DNA of 64,000 nt from an uncultured Syntrophobacteraceae bacterium (GTDB taxonomy: Bacteria > Desulfobacterota > Binatia > UBA9968): the NCBI GenBank assembly GCA_964410485.1, contig CAYPHJ010000002.1, positions 1,311 to 65,310 on the forward strand, in the 5' to 3' direction. The notes under the pieces are model-generated. The model was not told the DNA's origin, ran no database searches, and was given only the letters and a program-made list of their open reading frames with translations. Of this stretch, positions 49,203 through 58,686 are shown piece after piece (position 1 is the stretch's first letter; each line of letters starts with the position of its first letter). The position numbers and the translations under genes are program-made.

Positions 49203-50189
49203 TCAATTTTCCCGCTTCACGTCCGGGTTGAGCAGTGGGAGCGGCTTTCCGTCCAGGAAGTCGAGAATATTCCTAATTGCCTCCTGGTAACGCGCGCTTA
49301 AAATATCCACGGTTGCGTATCCCCGATGGGAGAGAAGAATTGCGTTATCGAAGCGGCGCAAAGGGTGATCCATGGGGAGGGGTTCGACCTCGAACACGTC
49401 AAGGCCAACGCCGCCCAGACGGCCATTTTCGATAGCAGCGATCAACGCCTTTTCCTCAATCAAAGCCCCGCGCGACGTGTTCACCAGCAGCGCTTTAGGT
49501 TTCATCATCCCAAGCTCTCTCTCTCCAATCATACCGCGCGTGTTCGAATTGAGCGGCACGTGCAGCGTGACCACGTCCGATTCTTTCAGCAGGGTATCGA
49601 GTGGCACGCATTCGGCGCCGATTTCGGCGGTAGCAGCCGGTGTCAAAGTCCTGGAGTAAGCGAGAACACGCGCGTCGAATGCCGCTAAAAGGCGCGCGAC
49701 TTCTTTGCCGATTCTGCCAAAGCCAAGTACGCCGGCGGTTTTTCCTTTGAGCAGGCGCCCCGCAATCGGCGGCCAACTCTCCTGGCGCATGCGCCGGTCG
49801 ACATGAGGTATCCATCGCATGAGCGAGAGGATGAGCCCGATCGTGAGTTCTTTTGTGGACGTGCCGTCGTCGGCCGGCGTTCCCACAACGGCAATGCCGC
49901 GGCGGGTAGCCGCAGGCAAATCGAGATGCCTGCTGGTGCGGCCGGTCTGGGAAATAAACTTGAGACTTGGCAACAGGTTGTATTCACTCTCGCTGAGAGA
50001 GGTACGTTCCCGCATGAGGAGCAAAGCGTCCATCTTTCCCAATGCCCGTTGTATTTTTTCCGGGGAGTCCAGCCGTTCGCGGAAAATTGTTACATCGGCG
50101 CGTGCTTTGAGCGTTTCATAGGCCGGCACGGTATCGGCGAGCTTCTCAAAATCATCCAGTATTGCTACACGAAAGTTTGCTATCGACAT
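49203..50189 (-). CDS. D-isomer-specific 2-hydroxyacid dehydrogenase
   Basis: 328 aa with the NAD motif 'GVLGFGRIGKEVA' and 'LVNTSRGALIEEKAL...GVGLDVFEVEP'. Confidence 0.87.
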   Translation of the reverse strand: MSIANFRVAILDDFEKLADTVPAYETLKARADVTIFRERLDSPEKIQRALGKMDALLLMRERTSLSESEYNLLPSLKFISQTGRTSRHLDLPAATRRGIAVVGTPADDGTSTKELTIGLILSLMRWIPHVDRRMRQESWPPIAGRLLKGKTAGVLGFGRIGKEVARLLAAFDARVLAYSRTLTPAATAEIGAECVPLDTLLKESDVVTLHVPLNSNTRGMIGERELGMMKPKALLVNTSRGALIEEKALIAAIENGRLGGVGLDVFEVEPLPMDHPLRRFDNAILLSHRGYATVDILSARYQEAIRNILDFLDGKPLPLLNPDVKREN

Positions 50190-50195
50190 AAGTTC

Positions 50196-50876
50196 TTATA
50201 ACCTCGCTGTGACTTCGACTTCGATGAGCTTGCCTTCCGAGGAGTAGCCATCGACGTGGAAATAGTCCATCTCGGGAATTTGGGCCTGGACTTCTCTTTT
50301 AAACAACTCTCGAAGTGCTTCGAACTTCTGGCTTCTGTGAAGCAGGAATGAAGCTTTGACGGCGCGACTCCAGGAACTACCGGCGTCTTTTAAGGACCCT
50401 TCGATGCGCGGCAAGATATCCGCCATTTGGTCCTCCAACGTCGGTAAGACTGCTGTCACGCCGGAGAGGAACACAATGGAATCATAAATCAGATAGCGCA
50501 GCGGCGTGATCGGCGGATCGTATTCTTTGAGTGTTTTTTTTAGATCGGAACGCGAGGGACGCATTGCGACCAGGTCAACGGCAACCCGGGCATCCGAATC
50601 AAAATGGATCGGAGAAATAAAACTGGAGCTGGCGGAACGCGCCGCGCCGGAAAGAATCTTCACTCGTTCCGTGCTGCCTTCATCGCGACTCGCCCGGTCC
50701 CTCCCCCATAGCCGGGTGCGCACGGTGTTGTCCAGTGAAAGCCCCAGGCCGCCAAGTTCCTGGCCAAAGCGATGGAAGATGTCGCGGGTCTGATCCGTCG
50801 GTGAAAGCGCGGCCTTTCCCTCACCGCATAATGCCACGAATTCTCTATTGAGCCATTGGAATACTCTCTTGCGCAT
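50196..50876 (-). CDS. Hypothetical protein, possibly tandem YjgF/RidA-like fold
   Basis: The ATG at 50876 is preferred over the TTG at 50894. The two halves have a similar beta-alpha pattern. The assignment is tentative. Confidence 0.4.
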   Translation of the reverse strand: MRKRVFQWLNREFVALCGEGKAALSPTDQTRDIFHRFGQELGGLGLSLDNTVRTRLWGRDRASRDEGSTERVKILSGAARSASSSFISPIHFDSDARVAVDLVAMRPSRSDLKKTLKEYDPPITPLRYLIYDSIVFLSGVTAVLPTLEDQMADILPRIEGSLKDAGSSWSRAVKASFLLHRSQKFEALRELFKREVQAQIPEMDYFHVDGYSSEGKLIEVEVTARL

Positions 50877-51009
50877 GATTGTCTCGTTTCTCAATCGTCA
50901 GTTTGAAAACACTGAGCCTATAACAGGCGGCAGCGTGGATCAACGCAATCGATCCGCTTTCTTAACGCGGGATCATCTCGGTCGCCTGCTCTCCTTCGTG
51001 GCGCTCGGC

Positions 51010-52536
51010 TCAAGAGCCTGTCAGCGCCGCCGGCATGATCGTCAGCGACTTCTCCCAATCGTTGCGCAGATCGGCGGAGGAAGGGAAGCGAATGCCATTT
51101 TCGTCGAGGATCTTGTTGGTTGACTGCAACAGCTCAGCCCGGTTGAACACCATGATTTCGTGGTTGCGGTGAACAACCCTGGCGAGTTTTACGACGACCT
51201 GTGGCTGCTCGTTGTCGCGCAGGACTTCAACCAGGTGGCGGAGATTTCTTATTGGGACGTCGTTTACATGGGTGATGATCGAGCGCTCGGCGTCATCGTA
51301 TCCTTTGGTAATCCGATCGGGGAACATGGGCGACGAAACCACGACTAATTCTTCGCCCTCGAACCTCGGTCTATCATAGCGCCGGACCAGGAGCGGGCTT
51401 ATTTGACTCGAGGGCATAGGTCTCTGCGCATGCATCCGCTCAATGTACTCTTGGGTCGCTTGAGAAAAGACCAGAGGCCCAAAAATGAAATAACGCGGGG
51501 TGGTATTCAACAGATAAGGAACGACCAGGTCACGGCGGGAAGGAACCGGCATGTTCACTTCGACAAATTTGCCGTCCCGAAAAACGGTCATACCGATCAC
51601 TCCGTTTGTCGCGTATTTCTGAACCAGATACAAAGCCGACAAGCGCAGATCGTACCTCACGATGACTTTTCCATCACTGTCGATTGGCGTGTCGCCGATT
51701 TTTGTGATCACATCCCACTCGCGCAGCGGGTAATCGGAGTCGCTGCGATAAGGCTCTGATACCATGATCCCGTTTGTTCCGGATGGGAGCCCCAGTTTTT
51801 GCCGTAACGCGCCATTTTCGACAGTCTGTAAACGATCGAGAAGCTGTGGTTTGCCGTCAAAGCTGCCGTTGGCGATACCCGCCAAAAACAACTGGATTTC
51901 TTCCACAGGAATCAGATAGCCGATGTTCTGCGCGTTTTGAATCAAGCTGAAAACAAGGCCCACCAGCCTGCCGTCGGAAACCGCGGGCCCGCCACTGTTG
52001 CCGAAGTTGAGGGCAGCGTCCACCTGAATGCGCAACCCGCTGGTTTGATAATAGTAGTCGGTGTATTCGATGCGTGAGACGATTCCCTGAGTCACGGAAA
52101 GCTCCGTTCCTCCCGTCGGATATCCGTACACATTGACAGTGTCCTTGACCCGAGGCAATTCCTCGGCGAACGGAATTGCTCCGCGGTTGTGAAAAAAGGA
52201 CTCATCATCGAGTGTCAAAATGGCCAAATCCATAGCCGGCGCCATTGCTTCGACGCGCGCCGGTATGCGACTCGAAGATTGATTGGGCTGGACATAAATC
52301 TGCCGCGCGTATGAGACGACATGGGCATTGGTAAGAATGCGATTGCCCGAAATGACCACACCGGAGCCTTTGACCTGCTGAGGAATACCTCTCATCCATG
52401 GGCGCAGGACATCGGGGCTTTGCCGTGTCGCGTGAATCTTGACGACCAGATCGCGGATCTGGTCCTCCGCACGGACAATCAGTGGATGGCCGAGAAATAA
52501 ACCGATGAACAGCAATGCGAGCACGATTCCCTGCAT
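51010..52536 (-). CDS. Secreted trypsin-like (S1C-type) serine protease with C-terminal extension
   Basis: The start is re-set to 'MQGIVLALLFIGLFLGHPLIVRA' (ATG at 52536). It has the His box 'ILTNAHVV' and the Ser box 'GNSGGPAV'. Confidence 0.85.
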   Translation of the reverse strand: MQGIVLALLFIGLFLGHPLIVRAEDQIRDLVVKIHATRQSPDVLRPWMRGIPQQVKGSGVVISGNRILTNAHVVSYARQIYVQPNQSSSRIPARVEAMAPAMDLAILTLDDESFFHNRGAIPFAEELPRVKDTVNVYGYPTGGTELSVTQGIVSRIEYTDYYYQTSGLRIQVDAALNFGNSGGPAVSDGRLVGLVFSLIQNAQNIGYLIPVEEIQLFLAGIANGSFDGKPQLLDRLQTVENGALRQKLGLPSGTNGIMVSEPYRSDSDYPLREWDVITKIGDTPIDSDGKVIVRYDLRLSALYLVQKYATNGVIGMTVFRDGKFVEVNMPVPSRRDLVVPYLLNTTPRYFIFGPLVFSQATQEYIERMHAQRPMPSSQISPLLVRRYDRPRFEGEELVVVSSPMFPDRITKGYDDAERSIITHVNDVPIRNLRHLVEVLRDNEQPQVVVKLARVVHRNHEIMVFNRAELLQSTNKILDENGIRFPSSADLRNDWEKSLTIMPAALTGS

Positions 52537-53044
52537 GGTAGCTCCTGTTTTTTTGTTTCCCCTGCCGCTGGAACGGCCACTATTATAGCAAAGAACACCT
52601 GCAGGTAAATGACCCAAAAATTGGAGTGGTGGAATCAACCGAATATTTATTTTATCCAGACTGCTTGACACGTCTTGGCTTGCGCGCTAGAAAAAAGTTG
52701 AGCCCCGATCTCTAGGGGTGGGTTGCGAGAGCGAAGCGCGCCGTTTACTCGCTATCCAAAATGGAGGGGAATATGGTAGGCGAGAATCCACCGGGCCAAT
52801 ATCGCCCGCTGACGGCGGGCACACGAAATTCGTCCGCGACTCACGACGGGCTTCGAGCTGCCTGAACAAGTCCCCAACTTTTGGTACCAAAAGCGTACCC
52901 TCGTAGAGCGAGAAACAGGAGGGACTTACCCGAAGCAGATTTAGAGCCCGTTTGAAATGATTCCGGATGGGAGGACGGGTGCACCGGTGCCGGCGGGCTT
53001 GAACAAAAGTGATGTTTCCGACGACGCGGATAGCGTCAAGGATA

Positions 53045-53077
53045 GGGCTTCTTCCCGGGAAGAAGCCCTGTTTTTTT
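53045..53077 (+). terminator. Strong rho-independent terminator oriented for the plus strand, with no annotated plus-strand gene upstream
   Basis: A perfect 24-nt palindrome GGGCTTCTTCCCGGGAAGAAGCCC is followed by TGTTTTTTT. Confidence 0.7.
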
Positions 53078-53093
53078 GTTGGCTGCTGATCGC

Positions 53094-53801
53094 CTAGCGA
53101 AGCAGTTGCCCGAAGCCCGGTAAAGAAACCTTCATGCCGAGTTGTTGCAGCACCCACCAAAGCGACGCAGCGGTGGTGGAGATGACGGATCGATCGGTAT
53201 CCCTTTCCAATTCCTCGACATACGCCACGGAGCGCCAGCGGCCCTGAATAACGATGGCATCGACGGATGGCATGCGACGGAACAAACCGCGCGCTACTCT
53301 ATAGGAGGCGTATTCCGGTAGCTTTGCCTGTTCCACCGGTTTGGTGACCTCCAGGCCGTTGATCGCCGAAACGGCGAATCCTGCATCCCGGTAATAGCGG
53401 CTCACCTGTTGATTGATCTTTTCCATGTAAGCGGTGGCAATGATGATGTTTTTCGCTTCGCAGTGCTTCAGCGCTTCCGCCGTTGCGTTCATTCCCGTGC
53501 TAATCGGCAGGCCCATCCGGCGTGACAGCGCCCCGACGATGTCTTGCTCGGCGCGGTATCCGCGTTGAGTTCCCAAAGTGATCCCCCCGAGAAGAATCGC
53601 ATCGCACTCCTCTGCGGTAAAAACCCCCAGCGCCGTCTCGAGCGCTGCTATTGCTTTGTCGAACTCCTGGCTTGTGTGCGCTTGCACGTTCAGGCCGGAG
53701 GCGACAATCGTGAATCCCGCCGGTAGGATGAGATCCCAATCCGAAGGTGTTTCAAAAACCGATGGAGACAAATAACCGATGCGAGCCTTCCATCCCGGCA
53801 T
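53094..53801 (-). CDS. Asp/Glu racemase superfamily protein (maleate isomerase / arylmalonate decarboxylase-like)
   Basis: 235 aa. 'RIGYLSPS', 'CDAILLGG' and 'VDAIVIQG' follow the two-lobe racemase pattern. Confidence 0.7.
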   Translation of the reverse strand: MPGWKARIGYLSPSVFETPSDWDLILPAGFTIVASGLNVQAHTSQEFDKAIAALETALGVFTAEECDAILLGGITLGTQRGYRAEQDIVGALSRRMGLPISTGMNATAEALKHCEAKNIIIATAYMEKINQQVSRYYRDAGFAVSAINGLEVTKPVEQAKLPEYASYRVARGLFRRMPSVDAIVIQGRWRSVAYVEELERDTDRSVISTTAASLWWVLQQLGMKVSLPGFGQLLR

Positions 53802-53852
53802 GTTGGCTACCCCTGAATGTTGTCAATGACTTGGATTTATAAATCTCCTGCA

Positions 53853-54593
53853 TCAGTTGAGAGCAGGCATTTCCGCCAGCAGGCTGCCGTAACCGGTGAT
53901 CGGGCAACGCAATCCCAGCCGTAGCTGTGTCTCCCAACAGCGCGCCGCACCGGGGTGAATCACCGGCAGACCGAGACTTTCTTCCAGGCGTTCGATAATG
54001 TCAAGCGTCTTCCACGCCGAGCCCAGCATGTAGATCCCATCGGCATCCTTGTATCTGGCGGCGATGTTGCTGATGAATGCGAAAATCTGTCCAGGCGGAA
54101 CCGCCGGGACATCAGCAAAGGGAGCGTTGATTCCTTCCATGGCCAGCACCTCAAAACCGGCTTCAGTGAAGTAGCGTGCAAAGATCGCGTTCATTGTCTC
54201 AGGAAAGTAACTTGCACCAACGAACCTTTTTACGCCAAGCGTCCTGAGGGCGCGCACGTGGTTCTGGCCCGAAGTGAACATCTGAGCGCCGTACTTGTTC
54301 TCCCAGCGTTCGATGATCTCTTGCTCGCCCGTGTAACCCAACAACATAAACGGCGGCGCGCCACTCGGCCGAATAAGCGTTGCCCCTGAATGCGCGAGCT
54401 CTGCGACCTTCGCTTCATAGCCCGGCATAGAGGACCTGAACTCCGCCTCATCGCCGCGCGTGAAGTTCATGGTGCGGCTCAAAAATTTGATTGGCGCCGG
54501 GATCTTTTCGTCGAGGTCGATCTCCTGACCGGCTTCCGGCCGGTTCGTGGGTCGCACGGTTCCGACGATGTATTGTTTTTCCATTGCAGTCAT
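53853..54593 (-). CDS. Asp/Glu racemase superfamily protein (paralogue of 53094..53801)
   Basis: The start is re-set to the ATG at 54593 (GGAGGA RBS). It has the same fold pattern ('ADGIYMLGSAWKTLD'). Confidence 0.7.
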   Translation of the reverse strand: MTAMEKQYIVGTVRPTNRPEAGQEIDLDEKIPAPIKFLSRTMNFTRGDEAEFRSSMPGYEAKVAELAHSGATLIRPSGAPPFMLLGYTGEQEIIERWENKYGAQMFTSGQNHVRALRTLGVKRFVGASYFPETMNAIFARYFTEAGFEVLAMEGINAPFADVPAVPPGQIFAFISNIAARYKDADGIYMLGSAWKTLDIIERLEESLGLPVIHPGAARCWETQLRLGLRCPITGYGSLLAEMPALN

Positions 54594-54620
54594 AAGTCCT
54601 CCAGCTGCGGTTGAAGATGC

Positions 54621-54696
54621 GTTCAATAGTTCAAGTGTTCACGATGGCGAAGAGGGGACATTGACCTTTTGAACCTTTGAATCTTGAACACTATTG
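54621..54696. repeat. Unit-array hairpin, GTTCAAG family (copy C2)
   Basis: GTTCAATAGTTCAAGTGTTCA, a loop, then TTGAACCTTTGAATCTTGAACACTATTG. It abuts the stop codon of the ParB-like gene. Confidence 0.8.
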
Positions 54697-55701
54697 GTCT
54701 TCGGGAGCGCCGCCCGATTTGGCCAGATCATCCATTTTGATTTTCTCAACATTGAGTTTAGCGGCAGCTTTTTTCATCCGTTCAATAACTTCGTCGAAGC
54801 TCAGCGGTGCCGCGTCTTTGGGACGGAAGCGGATTGGATTCAATCGAGCGACGACAAAGCTTTTGAGGTAAGGACTGCTTAAACCTCGTGACTTCAAGGT
54901 CTCGACTTTCTCGACGACCAGATCGTCTATTTGCATGAGAGCAGTTGCCCGTTGTTGTCGAAATTTCAGAGCTTCAGCCAGCGGTTTTTTGAAAAATCCA
55001 TCGGCGCGCCTGAGAATAGGATGATAGGCGCCGCCGCTGAAGCGCGGTCGTTCCAGATAGCAGAGTCCGAGTGTGATCAAAGCGGCCTCTTCGAATTCCA
55101 ACGCATACGTTTCCTCGGTCGCATGGTCGAGCACTGCCAACTCGCGGTACATTTTAACGACTTCAAGCGCGCGTTCGCGCAAGTTATGCGCTTTCTCGGT
55201 GTTGAGCGCCAGTATCTGATACGCTGCGGAGGGATCCGGCACGACGATCGCAACAATGGTTTTTGCGCCGAGCGTCCGTAACGCGGCGAGTCGATGATTT
55301 CCATTTGGCGTCCAGTAGCGCACTGTATCGGGTGTTTCTTTACCGCGAACGACGATAATGGGATCGATGAAACGGCCCAACTTAGCGATCACGGTCTCGA
55401 GCTTGCGCACATGTGCATCGGATAGATTGCGTTGATAGGGCGTCGGTTCGACCTGTTCGATAGGTAGGGCGGCCATGAGCAGCCAGTGTCCTCCAAAAGG
55501 TTCACGATAAGCCGCCAAAAGCTTGCCGCCGTCGCGTTCAATAGCTCTCTCTAGTTCGATGACATCACCGGGGGGATGTCCCGCCACCGATTCTGCAGCA
55601 GTCAAACCGACGGAATGCCCGGCGAGCTTTCGTCGTCTGCGCCCTTTGGCTAAAGTATTTCCCGCTTTCTTGGACGGCATGCCTGGTCGATTGCTTAACA
55701 C
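54691..55701 (-). CDS. ParB/Srx-fold N-terminal domain protein (orphan, no ParA)
   Basis: 336 aa with 'PTPYQRNLSDAHVRKL' and 'TPNGNHRLAALRTLG' (a ParB box II-like GxxRxxA). It starts at the GTG at 55701 or the ATG at 55680. Confidence 0.7.
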   Translation of the reverse strand: MLSNRPGMPSKKAGNTLAKGRRRRKLAGHSVGLTAAESVAGHPPGDVIELERAIERDGGKLLAAYREPFGGHWLLMAALPIEQVEPTPYQRNLSDAHVRKLETVIAKLGRFIDPIIVVRGKETPDTVRYWTPNGNHRLAALRTLGAKTIVAIVVPDPSAAYQILALNTEKAHNLRERALEVVKMYRELAVLDHATEETYALEFEEAALITLGLCYLERPRFSGGAYHPILRRADGFFKKPLAEALKFRQQRATALMQIDDLVVEKVETLKSRGLSSPYLKSFVVARLNPIRFRPKDAAPLSFDEVIERMKKAAAKLNVEKIKMDDLAKSGGAPEDQ

Positions 55702-55725
55702 ATGAAACGCTACTGTGCCAAATCT

Positions 55726-56964
55726 CTAATTTCTCGTTTTAAACGAGAGAACGGCCAGAGCCATCCCGGTTACCAGGAAACCTCCCACGGCCACGGCCGT
55801 GGGAGCACCGGCGAACTCCGCGATGGTGCCCGAGACCATTCCACCCACCGGCATCAAGTCCCAGGTTAGGCCGAAAATGCCCATCACGCGTCCACGAAAC
55901 TGTTCGGGCAAACGCAATTGGAGCACTGTATTGATCGTCGTCATGTAGTACTGGCTGGTAAAGCCAAGGACAAATGCCAGCGCCAGAGAAAGGGGATAAG
56001 AGGTAGACACTGCAAAGAAAACCAGCAGAATGCCAAAGCCGGTCGCACCCATAAGCGCGCGTCTGACGCCCTTTTCTTCTACGTGAGCGAAGTAGGCGAC
56101 GGCGAGCGTACCGGCCAATGCGCCCGCGCCACCAAGGCTCTGCAAAAAACCGAAACCACGCGAGCCGACTGCCAAGATATCTCGGGCAAAGACCGGCATC
56201 AGGATCAAGTAAGACATGCCGAAGACGCTATTGAAGAACGTCATGGCGATGAGTGTGTAGAAGATCTCTTCAGTGCGGATGAAATTCAAACCATCCATGA
56301 CGTGCTGCAACAGACCTCTGCTTGCTACTGATTGCACGCGTGCCTCCGTGCGAATGAACAGCCAGAGAAGGACTGCTGTGAAAGACGCGACGGCGCAAAC
56401 GCCATAGGTAAGCGCGAGTCCCAGGAGATGGATCATGATCCCGGCCATGGCCGGGCCGACAAGCCGGTTCAATTGCCAGATGGTGCCGCCGACGGCGACG
56501 GCACTGGCCATATCGTCCTTTGGCACCATCTCTGGTAGCAGCGCCATTCGGCTCGGCCTGTCAAAAGCCCGGATCGCGCCCGAACAGAAGGCAAGGGCCA
56601 TAACCAACCAGAGAGCGGCCGCGCCTGTAGCGACAACAAGACTCAAGCAAAGAAAAATGGCGCCCGATCCGCACTGGCTGGCGATCATGATGCGTCGGCG
56701 ATCCTTCCGATCGGCCACAACCCCGCCCACGAGCGTCAGCGTGATCGTGGGAACTGCGTGAGCCAAGCCGGTCAAGCCTAGCGCCAGGGGTGAATTCGTC
56801 AATTCAAGCACCAGCCAGCTTTGGGCCACGTGCTCCATGTTCATCGCAAGAACGGAAAACAGCTGACCCAACCAGTAGAGGCGGTAGTTGCGATGGCGCA
56901 GCGCGGTTAGAGTCTGGCTAATTTTCCGCGTGCGCGGTCGCGATGATGCAGTTGGTTTCGGCAT
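55726..56964 (-). CDS. MFS transporter
   Basis: 412 aa with about 12 TM segments and the MFS loop motif 'GGVVADRKDRRR'. Confidence 0.87.
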   Translation of the reverse strand: MPKPTASSRPRTRKISQTLTALRHRNYRLYWLGQLFSVLAMNMEHVAQSWLVLELTNSPLALGLTGLAHAVPTITLTLVGGVVADRKDRRRIMIASQCGSGAIFLCLSLVVATGAAALWLVMALAFCSGAIRAFDRPSRMALLPEMVPKDDMASAVAVGGTIWQLNRLVGPAMAGIMIHLLGLALTYGVCAVASFTAVLLWLFIRTEARVQSVASRGLLQHVMDGLNFIRTEEIFYTLIAMTFFNSVFGMSYLILMPVFARDILAVGSRGFGFLQSLGGAGALAGTLAVAYFAHVEEKGVRRALMGATGFGILLVFFAVSTSYPLSLALAFVLGFTSQYYMTTINTVLQLRLPEQFRGRVMGIFGLTWDLMPVGGMVSGTIAEFAGAPTAVAVGGFLVTGMALAVLSFKTRN

Positions 56965-57104
56965 TGGTGGTATCGGTAGAGTATAGAGCTAGGGTACTGT
57001 TAGACATGAACGGGGCGCCGGTGTCAAAAGATTTTCGCAGCGGTTGAGCAATCGTTGACTAACTTTTATCATCTGCCGACAACAACTCAGAGGAGGGATC
57101 CGAG

Positions 57105-58457
57105 ATGGCTCAGTACGATTATGATCTTTTTACGATCGGTGCCGGTTCGGGGGGTGTGCGAGCAAGCCGGGTGTCAGCTTTTTACGGGGCTCGAGTCGCT
57201 ATTGCAGAAGAGCGCTACTTCGGAGGCACTTGCGTGAATGTCGGCTGCATTCCCAAAAAGCTCTTGGTCTACGCCTCTCATTTTGGCGAAGACTTCGAGG
57301 ACGCGGCCGCATACGGGTGGACCCTCGGTGAACGGCGTGTCGATTGGGCTAAACTGATCGAGAACAAAGACAGAGAGATTAGCCGCCTCAATAATGTATA
57401 CCGCAAACTCTTGCATGATGCCGGTGTGACAATCATCGATGGTCATGCGCAGGTCATCGATCCGCACACTGTCTCGGTCGATGGTAAAAGGTATAGCGCC
57501 AAATACATTCTCATAGCCACCGGCAGCTGGCCCCTTGTTCCAGAGATTCCTGGATCGGAGAACGCCATTACCTCCAATGAGGCATTCTATCTGCCGAACC
57601 TGCCGCGCAAGGTCATGATCGTCGGCGGCGGCTACATCGGCGTCGAGTTTGCCGGTATCTTTCACGGCCTGGGGGCAGAGGTGACGCAGCTTTATTATGG
57701 GCCCTTGTTTTTGCGCGGCTTCGACGACGATGTGCGCGAGATATTGGCGCAGGAGATGAAAAAGCGTGGGATCGATCTTCGCTTTAACACGGATGTACTA
57801 CGCATCGAAAAGCTGAGCCAGAGTTTGAAGGCCACACTCACCGGAGGAATTACACTGGACGTGGAGCAGATTCTCTACGCCACTGGACGCGTTCCCAATA
57901 CCCACTCATTGGGGTTGGAAAAGGCCGGAGTCATGCTCAACTTGAGCGGCGCCGTTTCGGTCGATGATTATTCTCGAACATCCATCGAGAGCATCTATGC
58001 GATAGGCGATTGCACGGATCGTCTCATGCTGACTCCGGTAGCCATTGCCGAAGGGCGAGCCCTTGCCGAGACGCTGTTTAACAACAATCCCGTGAAGCCA
58101 AGCTACGTTAATGTTCCAACGGCGGTTTTCAGTAATCCGAATGTGGGAACCGTTGGGTTTACCGAAGCTGAGGCGCGTGAGCGGTTTGGCAAGGTGGATG
58201 TCTACAAAACTACGTTCAAACCCCTCAAGTATACGCTTACGTGGCGGGATGAGAAAACGATGATGAAAATCGTTGTCGATGCGGTGACTGACAAGGTGGT
58301 CGGCTGTCATATGGTTGGAGCCGATGCGGGAGAGATTATTCAGGGCCTTGCTGTTGCAATGAACTGCGGCGCAACTAAAGCGCAGTTCGATGCGACCATT
58401 GGTATTCATCCAACGGCGGCGGAAGAGTTTGTCACGATGAGGACAAAAGTGGCGTAA
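57105..58457 (+). CDS. gor: Glutathione-disulfide reductase
   Basis: 450 aa with 'GAGSGGV', the redox disulfide '[13 protein letters not shown]' and the C-terminal '[14 protein letters not shown]'. Confidence 0.88.
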   Translation: MAQYDYDLFTIGAGSGGVRASRVSAFYGARVAIAEERYFGGTCVNVGCIPKKLLVYASHFGEDFEDAAAYGWTLGERRVDWAKLIENKDREISRLNNVYRKLLHDAGVTIIDGHAQVIDPHTVSVDGKRYSAKYILIATGSWPLVPEIPGSENAITSNEAFYLPNLPRKVMIVGGGYIGVEFAGIFHGLGAEVTQLYYGPLFLRGFDDDVREILAQEMKKRGIDLRFNTDVLRIEKLSQSLKATLTGGITLDVEQILYATGRVPNTHSLGLEKAGVMLNLSGAVSVDDYSRTSIESIYAIGDCTDRLMLTPVAIAEGRALAETLFNNNPVKPSYVNVPTAVFSNPNVGTVGFTEAEARERFGKVDVYKTTFKPLKYTLTWRDEKTMMKIVVDAVTDKVVGCHMVGADAGEIIQGLAVAMNCGATKAQFDATIGIHPTAAEEFVTMRTKVA

Positions 58458-58686
58458 TCGAGAGCGCGAAGGCTTTTGCCGGCCTCGCGCGCCGATATCA
58501 TGAGATAGCAATGCTTCGATACGTCTTTTACGGCGGTTAGGGGAGCAATTTCGCCGGAATTTCCAAGTCGGGCGAGAACGACCGGTTTTTCTGAAATAGG
58601 AATGTGCAAATCCAAGCAGTTATGCTTGGCATGGGGGTTGCGCTCTCAAGGCATCTTGCGAAACTAAACTATGGAGTCATATAGCG

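Noticed and set aside
52672-53093. tmRNA, RNase P RNA, SRP RNA or a known riboswitch in the gene-free island.
   Set aside because: I looked on both strands for GGGG..TTCGAC 5' ends and T-arm/..CTCCACCA 3' ends (tmRNA), for GAGGAAAGTCCGGGC and ACAGAA..GGCTTA (RNase P P4), and for the SRP GGAAGCAGCC core. I found none of them. The TGGTGGAG at about 53170 lies inside the racemase-like CDS with no adjacent T-arm. The region is kept only as an unclassified candidate.
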